NCBI GenBank assembly: GCA_031276195.1
Contig: JAISNN010000077.1
Span: forward strand, 5,165-69,164
Source: Clostridiales bacterium
GTDB taxonomy: Bacteria > Bacillota > Clostridia > Christensenellales > JAISNN01
Direction: 5' to 3'
DNA: 64,000 nucleotides
The notes under the pieces were generated by a model. The model did not search any database and was not told the DNA's origin. It saw only the letters and a program-made list of their open reading frames with translations. The stretch's first letter is position 1; every line of letters starts with the position of its first letter. Position numbers and translations under genes: made by a program. Below are positions 20,005-29,640 of this stretch, in pieces.

Positions 20005-20500
20005 TTCGCATTCTCCTTAGCGCAAAAAGCCGCGATCTCCGCAATGAGTTCTATCGGCAAGGGCTTATTATTCGGGAATTGCACCGCGCCCTTGCTTGTT
20101 TTGTATTCCGTCAATTTATCGGCAAAAAAGGCGACCGCCTTCCAAAAAAGTCTTTCTCAATTTTTTCATTCCGCATTCTCCTTAGACGCAAAAAAACGTG
20201 ATCTACGCGATAAATCAGAACGAATTACCGCCCATTTCACCGAATATCTTTCTCAATTTTTTCATTTCGCATTCTCCTTAGCGCAAAAAACCGTGATCTA
20301 CGCGATAAATCATAACAAACGACAACCGCCTTCCCAAAAAGTCTTTCTCAATTTTTTCACTTCGCATTCCCCTTAGCGCAAAAAGCCGCAATCTCCGCGA
20401 TGAGTTCTATCGGCAAGGGCTTATTATTCGGGAATTGCACCGCGCCCTTGCTTGTTTTGTATTCCGTCAATTTATCGGCAAAAAAGGCGACCGCCTCCAA
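19983..20500. repeat. array of four duplicated gene-junction units (3' end of a DUF1801-like gene + stop + RBS + start of the next gene)
   Basis: the unit TTTCTCAATTTTTTCAYTTCGCATTCYCCTTAGCGCAAAAA recurs at 19983, 20172, 20252, 20346; a 130-bp segment at 20024-20152 duplicates 20388-20516. Confidence 0.8.
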
Positions 20501-20716
20501 GCCGGGATACAATCCGATATGGGTTTTTTGCGCCGCGAAGTGAATAATATTCCGTCCTTTCCAAAAAGTCGGCATTCCCCATGAAATTTTTTCCGCCGCG
20601 CCGTCGGGCATTTCCGCCTTAATGCGCGCGTAAATTTCGAGAAGCCGCGCCCGAACGCCTTCCTCCCGCGTCTCGATATAACCGCCGATAGAGCCGGCAT
20701 TTTTTAACGAGTCCAT
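20357..20716 (-). CDS. DUF1801/YdhG-like small protein
   Basis: 119 aa; RBS AAGGAGG; weak resemblance to the DUF1801 fold family; the 3' end is duplicated upstream of the next gene. Confidence 0.45.
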   Translation of the reverse strand: MDSLKNAGSIGGYIETREEGVRARLLEIYARIKAEMPDGAAEKISWGMPTFWKGRNIIHFAAQKTHIGLYPGLEAVAFFADKLTEYKTSKGAVQFPNNKPLPIELIAEIAAFCAKGNAK

Positions 20717-21028
20717 ATATCCTCCTTTTATCGTCGTTATACAACGTTTAAACTTTTAAATCAAGCGCATATTTTAATTTAAAGCCGAATAATATTTCAG
20801 CGTAATAATTTCAAACGCCGCCTTGCGCCGCATAAAATAAATATCCCGTTCCGCCTGTTTTAATTTAAATCCGCTCTTATCTTTTAATGTATCTTTTACC
20901 TTGTCCGCGATTTTTTTTGCGGTTTTTCCGCCGTTTTTATGCGGTTTTTCACCGTTTTTGTGCGGTTTTTTTGCCGTTTTTATGCGGTTTTTTCATACTT
21001 TTTGTTGTTTTAACCGAACGTTTTTCCC

Positions 21029-22543
21029 TCACAGTTTCCCGATATCAAGAACTTTTTTTACCGCGTCCGCGATTTTTCCGTCGTTTTCGATTTCATAATC
21101 GGCGAAGTTTTCATACAAACTTTTGCGCGCGGAAAAAAGTTCCGCGGCGGAAAATTTTGCCGACAGCGGTCTGCCCGCCGACGCCAAAAGGTTCAGTCCG
21201 CGTTTAACATATATTATAACCGCGTTCTGTTTGAGCGCGTAATAATTCTCACGGTTCAAGACGACGCCGCCGCCCGTCGAAATGACGCTTCCGCTTGTTT
21301 TGCCCGCCTCGCGGACGGCGAAAGCCTCTCTTTCGCGGAAATATTTCTCGCCTTTTTTTTCAAAAATATACGGTATGGACGCGCCCTCGCGCCCCGCGAT
21401 TTCCTCGTCCGTATCGATAAATTTTCTGCCCGAAAGGGCGGCCGCCGTTCTGCCGATCGAAGACTTTCCGGAGCCGGGCATACCTATCAAAACTATGTTT
21501 CTTTTTTCGATTGTTATATCACGTGTTATGCTCTCTATAACGCGGTTTTCGATACTTTTTCCCGTGAAAAGTTCGGCGGCGAATTTCGCCTGCGCGACCA
21601 GCATTTGCAGCCCCGAACAACACCTTATTCCCCTCTCCTCCGCAGAAAAAATCAGCCTCGTTTTCAAAGGATTGTATATGACGTCCGCAACCGCCTCCAA
21701 GTTCTTAAAGCGCGCCAAATCGACTAAGCATTCCCCGTTGTCCGGGTACATTCCGACGGGCGACGCGTTGATCAAGACCGCGGCGTTCGCCGAAAAATTC
21801 ATATAGTTTTCATAGTTTACCGCGCCGCGCCGCGAAACGACAGTGATACTTCCGACTCCGAGAGAATTCAAAACCGCCTTGACCGTCGCGGTCGTACCGC
21901 CGTCGCCGAGGATAAAAACATCCTTGCCGCGGACGTCGATTCCGTTCGCCTCCAAAAGGTATTTGAAACCAAAAAAATCCGTATTATAGCCGACGGTTAC
22001 GGTTTCGTTCTCCGCTCCTTTATTTTTTAGAATTTCGTTTTCGTATCCGCTCTTTATTCCGCGTGCCGCGGTTACGGTTTCATTTTCCTGTTTTTTTTGT
22101 ATCTCGTTTTCCGCTCCTTCATTCTTTATTCCGTATGGCGCGGTTTCGTTTTCATTTTCCTGTTTTTTTTGTATCTCGCTTTCCGCGTATCCGCTCTTTA
22201 TTCCGTGTGCAGAGGTTTTGCTTTCCGCTTCTTTGCCTTCATCTTTTTGTGTTTCATTCTCTCCTTGTCCGCTTTCAAATTCGGCGGCGCGCCTCTTGAC
22301 GACGGTATTGACCGCGCCCGAAAGCGACGCGCTCGCGTCTATCCGGTCGAGAAATTTCACGACGGTTTTTTTATATGGAATCGTAACGTTGAACGCGTCT
22401 ATACCGCTCCTTATAAAGTCCTCTATCCCGTCCTCTTTAATCTCGATAAGCCGATACGAATACGCGCCGTCGGACAACCGCCGGTGTATTTCGGCGGAAT
22501 AACTGTGTTTCAGGCTCGCGCCGATAAGACCGCATTTTAACAT
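21029..22543 (-). CDS. aroE/aroK: bifunctional shikimate 5-dehydrogenase / shikimate kinase (AroE-AroK fusion) with low-complexity insertion
   Basis: N-terminal AroE substrate domain (GLIG.SL.HS.S..IH, N.T.PYK, GAVNT), Rossmann GDGG.T, C-terminal kinase with GMPGSGKS Walker A, DTD, STGGG; about 95-aa repeat insert at about 21990-22275. Confidence 0.85.
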   Translation of the reverse strand: MLKCGLIGASLKHSYSAEIHRRLSDGAYSYRLIEIKEDGIEDFIRSGIDAFNVTIPYKKTVVKFLDRIDASASLSGAVNTVVKRRAAEFESGQGENETQKDEGKEAESKTSAHGIKSGYAESEIQKKQENENETAPYGIKNEGAENEIQKKQENETVTAARGIKSGYENEILKNKGAENETVTVGYNTDFFGFKYLLEANGIDVRGKDVFILGDGGTTATVKAVLNSLGVGSITVVSRRGAVNYENYMNFSANAAVLINASPVGMYPDNGECLVDLARFKNLEAVADVIYNPLKTRLIFSAEERGIRCCSGLQMLVAQAKFAAELFTGKSIENRVIESITRDITIEKRNIVLIGMPGSGKSSIGRTAAALSGRKFIDTDEEIAGREGASIPYIFEKKGEKYFREREAFAVREAGKTSGSVISTGGGVVLNRENYYALKQNAVIIYVKRGLNLLASAGRPLSAKFSAAELFSARKSLYENFADYEIENDGKIADAVKKVLDIGKL

Positions 22544-22589
22544 TTTTGCAACCCTTAATTTAAATATTTTAAAAACTTTATTTTCCCGT

Positions 22590-22960
22590 TTAATGCCCTC
22601 ATATTCGTTCTATATATGTTTTTCCGTCTGTTATATAACTGTTTTTTTTAGTTTTCCGCGATACCGTACCGCGTTTTTTAAGGGATTTTCCGCCGTATTT
22701 ACGTATGTTTTTCATATCGTTTTACGGAGGATTTTCAGCCTTATTTCACGCGGTACTATGCCGCGTTTTTTAAGAGATTTTCCGCCGTATTTACGTATGT
22801 TTTTCATATCGTTTTACGGAGGTTTTCAGCCTTATTTTCCGCGATACCGTACCGCGTTTTTTAAGAGAATTTCCGCCGTATTTACGTATGTTTTTCATAT
22901 CGTTTTACGGAGGTTTTCAGCCTTATTTTCCGCGGTACTATGCCGCGTTTTTTTAATGGA
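22590..22960. repeat. about 95-bp tandem repeat x3.3
   Basis: unit TTCCGCGATACCGTACCGCGTTTTTTAAGGGATTTTCCGCCGTATTTACGTATGTTTTTCATATCGTTTTACGGAGG.TTTCAGCCTTATT. Confidence 0.8.
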
Positions 22961-22962
22961 TT

Positions 22963-24126
22963 TTAATAAAATTCCTCATAAATTTTATTGTCGGGCATAT
23001 CCGAAATTTCCGCGTAATTGCCTATAAAGGTTATATTATACGCCTTACCCGAAAGTTCTTTCAAAAGTTCCAAAAGCCCCGTATTTTTCAAATTCGCCTC
23101 GAAGTCAAAATAGAACATAAATTCAAAATCCGTCTCGGGAATGGGGCGGCTTTCCAATTTCGTCATATTATACGACGCGAACTTCTTCAAAAAATTTAAG
23201 AGGCTTCCGTTGGTATGCGGCAGCGAAACCATTATGCTGACCCTATTCGCGCCCGCGTACACCGCCATTTTTTTGGAAACGCATATAAATCTCGTATAGT
23301 TGTTATCATTGTTTTGGATGTTCGCTCTGACGATATTCATATCGTATATCGACGCGCAAGCCTTAGACGCGATCGCCGCGATATCCGTCCTCCCCGACTC
23401 CTTGACGTTGACGACCGACTGCGCGGTATTCTCCGCAAAGACGGCTTTCAACCCGTTCGCTTTCAAAAAATTTCCGCATTGAGCGATCGCCTGTTCGTTT
23501 GAATAGACCTCTTTTATGTCCTTCAATTTGACGCCCTTCGCCGCGATCAGGTTATGTTCGACTTTGATTCTCGCGCTTCGGACGATATAGAGTTTATACT
23601 TGCGCATAAGGTCGTAGATCTCGTTGACCGATCCCGCCGTGCTGTTTTCGATCGGCAGCACTCCCGTCTCGCATTCGCCGCCGTCCACCGCCTTAAAGAC
23701 CTCCCCGAACGTGCCGTAAAAATTTATATCGGGGTCTTTAAAGAGTTTGTTCGCCGCAATGTACGAAAACGCTCCCTTCGCGCCTTGACAGGCGGTTTTA
23801 AGCCTTTTCGGGAATTGCGGAAGGTCGCAAGACAGCATTCTCTCCAATTCGTCGAACACGGTATAGACCTTATATTCCGATTGAATTTTTCGGCTCGTTT
23901 CGAATATGACGGAATAAAGTTCCTTGATGCAGGCGGCGGTTTTCGCGTCGTAGCCCGCGGTCAGCCTTTCGATAATTTTGTTCTCGCGGTATACGTCGAG
24001 AACGTCGATTCCGCCCGCGCGTTTCAGTTCGCCGATACGGCGTACAAGCCCGACTCTTTCGGCGTAATCCTTTGCGATTCTGTCGTCTACGACGTTGATC
24101 AGGTTTCTCAAATCCTCAATGTTCAT
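22963..24126 (-). CDS. pheA: chorismate mutase / prephenate dehydratase (P-protein)
   Basis: 387 aa; N-terminal AroQ-class chorismate mutase helices, PDT domain (QGAKGAFSY, PIENS.AG.V, TRF), C-terminal ACT. Confidence 0.85.
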   Translation of the reverse strand: MNIEDLRNLINVVDDRIAKDYAERVGLVRRIGELKRAGGIDVLDVYRENKIIERLTAGYDAKTAACIKELYSVIFETSRKIQSEYKVYTVFDELERMLSCDLPQFPKRLKTACQGAKGAFSYIAANKLFKDPDINFYGTFGEVFKAVDGGECETGVLPIENSTAGSVNEIYDLMRKYKLYIVRSARIKVEHNLIAAKGVKLKDIKEVYSNEQAIAQCGNFLKANGLKAVFAENTAQSVVNVKESGRTDIAAIASKACASIYDMNIVRANIQNNDNNYTRFICVSKKMAVYAGANRVSIMVSLPHTNGSLLNFLKKFASYNMTKLESRPIPETDFEFMFYFDFEANLKNTGLLELLKELSGKAYNITFIGNYAEISDMPDNKIYEEFY

Positions 24127-24351
24127 AATTGTTATTCCTTTTTTATATTGAATTCGTTTATTTCTTTAAAGCCGCAAGCCGCGTTTGTATGCTTTTTTGT
24201 TTTTTTATTTGCATTTTTTATTGTATTTCGTTTTTTACTTGCTTTTTCAATTTTTTACGTTTATTTTTATTGTATTTCGTTTTTTGAATTCTTTTTATGC
24301 CTTTTCTTTTTGAATCGCTTTTCCGCGTTTATTTTTTCCCGGTTTGCCGTT

Positions 24352-25671
24352 CTACAACAAAAAATCTACCAAAGCGCACGCCGCCGCCGCCTCTATGACG
24401 GGAACGGCTCGCGGAACGATACAAGAATCGTGCCTGCCCGGGATTACAATTTTCGTATTTTTTCCGCTCGCGGCGTCGATCGTATCCTGCTCTTTCGCGA
24501 TCGACGGAACGGGTTTTATCGCGGTTCTGAACAAGATCGGCATACCGTTGGAAATCCCGCCCGTGATTCCGCCGTTGTTATTCGTCTTGGTTTTGACATC
24601 GGCTTTCGCGCCCGTTTGCGCGCCGCGCTTCTCCGGATTTAACCCGTTTTCGCGGCAAACGCCGGATTTTTCCGAATTTGACGCCGGATTAAAATAAGCC
24701 GTATTCTTTTCCGGATTCGATACGCTATTGCCGCAAGCCGCGTCTCTTTCCGGATTCGATACGCTATTGCCGCAAGCCGTGCCTCTTTCCGGATTCGATA
24801 CGCTATTACCGCAAGCCGTATTCTTTTCCGGATTTTTTTCCTCATAATAAATCGCGTCGTTCGCCGCGCTTCCGCGCATTTCCGAAAGTTTAAAGCCCCC
24901 TCCGAATTCAATCCCTTTAACCGCGGGAATCGCAAAAATCAACTTCGCGATACTCCCCTCTATGCCGTCATAGACGGGTTCGCCGATGCCGGCGGGCAGC
25001 CCCGTTACGACGCATTCGACCACGCCGCCCACCGAATCGCCATCGCGCGCCGCCGCGGTGATCTCTTCTATTATAGCCGTTTCGTATGAAAAGTCAAGCA
25101 AAGGATAAACCGCCGATTTCATTTCCGCGATTTTTTCACGGTTAAGTCCCTCTATCCCGCCGCCGTCAAGGTAAGAAACAGCCCGAACACGCCCGACGGA
25201 CGCCAAATATGCGGCGATTTCAACTCCGCGCGCCCTCAAAACCGAAAGCGCGACACTCCCCGCCGCGCACAAAGCCGCGGTCAAACGCCCCGAAAACTGT
25301 CCGCCGCCGCGATAGTCGTTATATCCGCCGTATTTTACATAGGCGGCATAGTCGGAATGCGACGGTCTGAACGCGCTTTTCAATATTTCATAGTCCGAAG
25401 AGCGCGCGTCGGCGTTTTCTATGATTATGCAAAGGGGCGCGCCCGTCGCCCTCCCGTCGAGCAGCCCCGACAAGACGACGGGGCGGTCGGTTTCACGCCT
25501 CGCCGTCGAATGAGCCGCGCTTGACGGACGCCTGCGCGCCAAAAAAGCGGCGATTTCGTCTAAGTCGATAGGCGTACCCGCGGGGATTCCGTTTATGACG
25601 ACGCCCATCGCCTTTGAATGAGACTCCCCGAAAATGTCGATTATAAAATTTTTTCCGCATATGAACGCCAT
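24352..25671 (-). CDS. aroC: chorismate synthase with tandem-repeat insertion
   Basis: 439 aa; GESHG-like N-terminus (FGESHSKAMGVVI.G.PAG), conserved C-terminal core; about 95-aa insert (24580-24865) containing 3 x 16-aa repeats ACGNSVSNPE(R/K).. Confidence 0.9.
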   Translation of the reverse strand: MAFICGKNFIIDIFGESHSKAMGVVINGIPAGTPIDLDEIAAFLARRRPSSAAHSTARRETDRPVVLSGLLDGRATGAPLCIIIENADARSSDYEILKSAFRPSHSDYAAYVKYGGYNDYRGGGQFSGRLTAALCAAGSVALSVLRARGVEIAAYLASVGRVRAVSYLDGGGIEGLNREKIAEMKSAVYPLLDFSYETAIIEEITAAARDGDSVGGVVECVVTGLPAGIGEPVYDGIEGSIAKLIFAIPAVKGIEFGGGFKLSEMRGSAANDAIYYEEKNPEKNTACGNSVSNPERGTACGNSVSNPERDAACGNSVSNPEKNTAYFNPASNSEKSGVCRENGLNPEKRGAQTGAKADVKTKTNNNGGITGGISNGMPILFRTAIKPVPSIAKEQDTIDAASGKNTKIVIPGRHDSCIVPRAVPVIEAAAACALVDFLL

Positions 25672-25898
25672 TTGCTTTTCCGCTCCCTTTTTTCGGTCTT
25701 TTTTTATATTTTATTTGTATTTTTTAATGCTTTTTTTTTGCGTTTTATATGTTTTCTTATGTTCTTTAATGCTTTTTTTTGCGTTTTTTTGCGTTTTATA
25801 TGTTTTCTTATGTTTTTTAATGCTTTTTTGTGTTTTTTTAGGCTGTTCCGCTCCGCGTGAGGGGGACGGGGCGGCATTGCTTTCTCACCCGATAACGG

Positions 25899-27803
25899 TT
25901 ACGCTTTCAGCCCTTCCAAATCCTCGAAAAAATCCGGATAAGATTTATTCACCGCTTCCGCCCCGACAATCTCCGCGGAAGAGCGGCAAATCAATCCCGC
26001 GACGGCGGCAGACATAACCATTCTATGGTCGTTATACCCGTCCAAAACGACGGTTTTTCCCTTCGCGTCTTTCCCGAATCCGCCTCCGCCGCCGTCGATT
26101 GTCAGGGTATCCCCGTCCGCAACCGCCGCGACGCCCAAACGGACGAGCATTTCCGCGGTCGCTTCGAGCCTGTCGCATTCTTTCAACCTCAATCTGCCGG
26201 CGTTGTATATGACGGTTCGTCCCGAAGCCGCGCCCGCCGCGACGGAAATTATAGGGATTATATCGGGTATATTTTTCGCGTCGATTTCAACGCCTTTCAA
26301 AGAAGATTTTTTGACCTCTATACCGCATTTTTCCGCGCCCGTTTCATTCGTTTCGCCGCATTTATTTTCACATATTTTACCGCGCTCTATACCGCGGTTC
26401 TTATCCGTTTCTCCGAATTCCGCGCCACAGTTTTTTTCCGTTTCGCCGCATTTATTTTCACACATTTTACCGCGCTCTATACCGCGGTTTTTATCCGTTT
26501 CTCCGAATTCCGCGCCGCCGTTTTTTTCTCTTTCGTAATACTCTTTTTCCCCCGTTTCGTTATGCTCTATACCGCGGTTTTTGACCGTTATATCGCCGCC
26601 CATACGCCTTATTATATCGACAATTTCTCTGTCGGGCTGCTTTGAATTAAGGTCTAATCCCTTCAAAAATATATCACCGTTCAAAACTCCCGCGACGATA
26701 AAAAACGCCGCGTTCGACCAATCTTTTTCAATCTCGACATACCCGGGAGAACGATATTTTCCGATATATTTATTACCCCCTAAACCGACCGCCGCCGCTT
26801 CAAAAGACGGACGGCTTTCACTATTTCCGGTATGTTTTTCATTTTCGCCCTCAATCGGCGCACACTCAGATTGCGGATATTTTTTTCCGTTTATAATGTA
26901 TTTCCCGTTTTCGCAACAGACCGCCGCCGCGCCGAATTTTTCCAAAACACCGAGTGTTATGTCGATATATCCCGCCGATTCGGGAGCGTTTCCGCACGAG
27001 ATAACGCTTTCGCCCTCTAAAAGAGGCAACGCCATAAGCAGTCCCGAGATAAATTGCGAACTGACCTTTCCGCCAAGCGTAAAAATTCCGCTTTTCAGCC
27101 GCCCGGACGTCCTCAAAATCCGTCCGTCTTTCAAGACTTTTACGCCGTTTTTTTTCATCGCGTCCGTCAATTCGTCCGTCGGGCGTTCGGGCAGTCTGCC
27201 GCTCATATGAAACTCCGCGTCGAACCCCAGCGCGGCGGCAAAAGGAAGCAAAAAACGCAGCGTCGAGCCGCTTTCGCCGCAGTCCAAGATCTTTATTTCG
27301 CCGCTTTTTTCCGCATTTAAATTTTCGGTGCTTGCGTTTCCGTCCGCTTTAAAATTCTTTATTTCGCCGCTTTTTTCCGCATTTAAATTTCTTATTTCCA
27401 CGCTCTTTTCCGCGTCCGCACCGCCCTTAATCCTCAAATCGGAAAGCGGAAATCCCTCTTGCTTGACCAAAAAATCCGCTTTTAAATTCCTTATTTCACC
27501 GCCGTTCCCGGCGTTTTTATTTTCGGTATCTTTATTTCCGTCCGCGTTTTGTCCCCGTTTTAAAATAGGCGTAATCTCGCAAGCCCCGTCCGGCATATCT
27601 CTAAATTCCGCGCCCAAAGCCGTCAAACACCGCCTCGTCGCCGCCGTATCCGCGGAATCGTTCAGCCCGAAAACGACGGTTTTTTTGTCCGCCGCGGCCG
27701 CGCAAATCATAACTCTGTGCGCGGCGGACTTCGACGTAATCACTTCGACCGAACCTTTTAAAAACGCGCCTTTTATAATTTTATTCATTCCGCTCCCATC
27801 CAT
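25899..27803 (-). CDS. aroA: 3-phosphoshikimate 1-carboxyvinyltransferase (EPSP synthase) with two repeat insertions
   Basis: 634 aa versus about 430 typical; conserved EPSPS blocks at the N-terminus, middle and C-terminus (..DHRM.M..A.A.L); inserts at about 27265-27560 and 26290-26620 (GETDKNRGIERGK.CENKCGET x2). An alternative start ATG at 27788 (MNKIIKG) has the better RBS (GGGAG). Confidence 0.85.
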   Translation of the reverse strand: MDGSGMNKIIKGAFLKGSVEVITSKSAAHRVMICAAAADKKTVVFGLNDSADTAATRRCLTALGAEFRDMPDGACEITPILKRGQNADGNKDTENKNAGNGGEIRNLKADFLVKQEGFPLSDLRIKGGADAEKSVEIRNLNAEKSGEIKNFKADGNASTENLNAEKSGEIKILDCGESGSTLRFLLPFAAALGFDAEFHMSGRLPERPTDELTDAMKKNGVKVLKDGRILRTSGRLKSGIFTLGGKVSSQFISGLLMALPLLEGESVISCGNAPESAGYIDITLGVLEKFGAAAVCCENGKYIINGKKYPQSECAPIEGENEKHTGNSESRPSFEAAAVGLGGNKYIGKYRSPGYVEIEKDWSNAAFFIVAGVLNGDIFLKGLDLNSKQPDREIVDIIRRMGGDITVKNRGIEHNETGEKEYYEREKNGGAEFGETDKNRGIERGKMCENKCGETEKNCGAEFGETDKNRGIERGKICENKCGETNETGAEKCGIEVKKSSLKGVEIDAKNIPDIIPIISVAAGAASGRTVIYNAGRLRLKECDRLEATAEMLVRLGVAAVADGDTLTIDGGGGGFGKDAKGKTVVLDGYNDHRMVMSAAVAGLICRSSAEIVGAEAVNKSYPDFFEDLEGLKA

Positions 27804-28143
27804 AAATTTTTTAATTCAAATACGCATTTTAAAAAACGCAAAACGCAACTTTTCAATACGGAATTCTAAATATGACTTTCAAAGTCAAAATCTAAAACCA
27901 TAAATCCCAAAGCTTGAAATTCCGAATACCGATTCTGATTCTAAAATTCCAAATCTGAAATCCCAATTCCTAATTCCTAAATCTAAAATCTCAAATCCCA
28001 AATCCCAAATCTCAAATCTGAAATTCAAAAATCCCGAATTTCTAAAATCCTAAACCCTAATTCCTAATTCCTAAAATCTAAAATCCCAAAATTCTAAATC
28101 CCGATTCCAATTCCAAAATTCTAATTCCAAACCGTTCGCGCCC

Positions 28144-29448
28144 TCAACCGCCGATCCTCAAAAAATTCCTTATCTCTTTTGCCGGAATTTCCTCGACGGC
28201 GCACCGCCCTATACCGCGAATCACGACCGCCCCCAGCATCGCGCCGCTCATTTTTTTGTCGGAAAGTATGACCTCCGACATTTCGTCTATCCCGTACGGA
28301 CAGGGTATATCAAGACGGTTTTTTGAGAGCAGTTTCAAAATTCTTTCGTATTCGCCGCCGCTCAAAAAGCCCTTTTCACGCGACAAAGCCGCGATATATA
28401 AAAGCCCTATCGACACGCATTTCCCGTGGCGGATTTGATAGCCCGATAACTTTTCGACGGCGTGTCCGATCGTATGCCCGAGGTTGAGAAGCCGCCTGAC
28501 GTTTTGTTCTTTCTCGTCCGCTTCGACGATTTCCGCTTTTACGGCGACGGAAAGCGCGATAATTTTCTCCCAATTATAGCCGCCGTAAGCGTTTTTTCCG
28601 GTTTCATTTTTCTTTTCCGAACCGCCGCCATGCCCCGTACTATCGTTATTTTCTTCAAAACCGTCGTAATTTTCGGTATTCCCGTTATTGTTTTTCAATC
28701 CGCCGCTATGCCGCGCGCTATCCTTGTTTTCTTCGAAACCGTCGTAATTTTCGGTATTCCCGTTATTGTTTTTCAATACGCCGCTATGCCGCGCGCTATC
28801 GTTATTTTCTTCAAAACCGTCGTAATTACGGTTGTTTTCATTGTTTTTTTCCAATTCGTCCAACAGTTCACCGCCCTTTAAAATCGCGTGCTTCACAATC
28901 TCGCCCATTCCGTCGGCGATCAAATCCTCCGACAGCGTTTTCAAAAATCCGATATCGCAAAGCACCGCCCGCGGTTGATGAAACGCCCCCGCGAGATTTT
29001 TTCCGGTCGAAAGGTTTATGCCCGTCTTGCCTCCGACGGACGAATCGACGGCGGCGAGCAGCGTCGTGGGTATCTGAACGAGGTTTATTCCGCGCAAATA
29101 CGTCGCCGCGGCAAAGCCCGCGAGATCGCCCGTTACGCCCCCCCCGAGCGCGGCGGCGGCGTCGCTCCGCGTCAATTTCGCCTCCGCCAAAAACTCCAAA
29201 ATTTTAAAATATTCGGCGGAATTCTTTGAATTTTCTCCGCCCGTAAAGGTATGGGAAAAGACCTCGAAGCCCGCCGATTCGAGCGATTTTACGACGCGCG
29301 CGCCGTAAAGCCCGAATACCGTGCGGTCGGATATAAGGGCGATTTTACGGACTTTTTTTAAGCGTTCTTTGAGCGCGCCGCCGAAGTCTATGCCTTCGCC
29401 GATCACAACGTCGTAGCCTCCGCCGGCATTTACGCGAATTTGCGTCAT
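28144..29448 (-). CDS. aroB: 3-dehydroquinate synthase with repeat insertion
   Basis: 434 aa versus about 360; NAD-binding GGGV.GD.AGF.A, metal-binding H..GH..E motifs; insert 28565-28865 (NYDGFEENNDSARHSG.LKNNNGNTE x3). Confidence 0.85.
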   Translation of the reverse strand: MTQIRVNAGGGYDVVIGEGIDFGGALKERLKKVRKIALISDRTVFGLYGARVVKSLESAGFEVFSHTFTGGENSKNSAEYFKILEFLAEAKLTRSDAAAALGGGVTGDLAGFAAATYLRGINLVQIPTTLLAAVDSSVGGKTGINLSTGKNLAGAFHQPRAVLCDIGFLKTLSEDLIADGMGEIVKHAILKGGELLDELEKNNENNRNYDGFEENNDSARHSGVLKNNNGNTENYDGFEENKDSARHSGGLKNNNGNTENYDGFEENNDSTGHGGGSEKKNETGKNAYGGYNWEKIIALSVAVKAEIVEADEKEQNVRRLLNLGHTIGHAVEKLSGYQIRHGKCVSIGLLYIAALSREKGFLSGGEYERILKLLSKNRLDIPCPYGIDEMSEVILSDKKMSGAMLGAVVIRGIGRCAVEEIPAKEIRNFLRIGG

Positions 29449-29459
29449 ACTTTCCTCTC

Positions 29460-29640
29460 TTTTTTATAACTTTTTTTTAGCGGTACTATACCGCGTTTTT
29501 TGTGATATTTTTAAATGCTTTCAAATGAGTTTTTCTTTACGTTTTCCGCCGCTTATTTATAACTTTTTTTCCGCGCTTCTATACCGCGTTTTTTGTGATA
29601 TTTTTAAATGCTTTCAAATGGATTTTTTCGTTCTTTAATA
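29460..29640. repeat. about 100-bp direct repeat x2
   Basis: ATAACTTTTTTT..GCGCTTCTATACCGCGTTTTTTGTGATATTTTTAAATGCTTTCAAATG twice. Confidence 0.7.

Noticed and set aside
19480-20376. 298-aa plus-strand ORF
   Set aside because: It runs antisense through the 19474..20004 gene and across the duplicated junction array. It has a repetitive Arg-rich translation and no RBS, so it is a shadow ORF.
27830-28140. Possible coding or regulatory array of CTAAA/TCCCAAAT microsatellite-like repeats
   Set aside because: It is a low-complexity AT-rich simple-sequence region between aroA and aroB. There is no ORF, and no motif is conserved elsewhere in the window.
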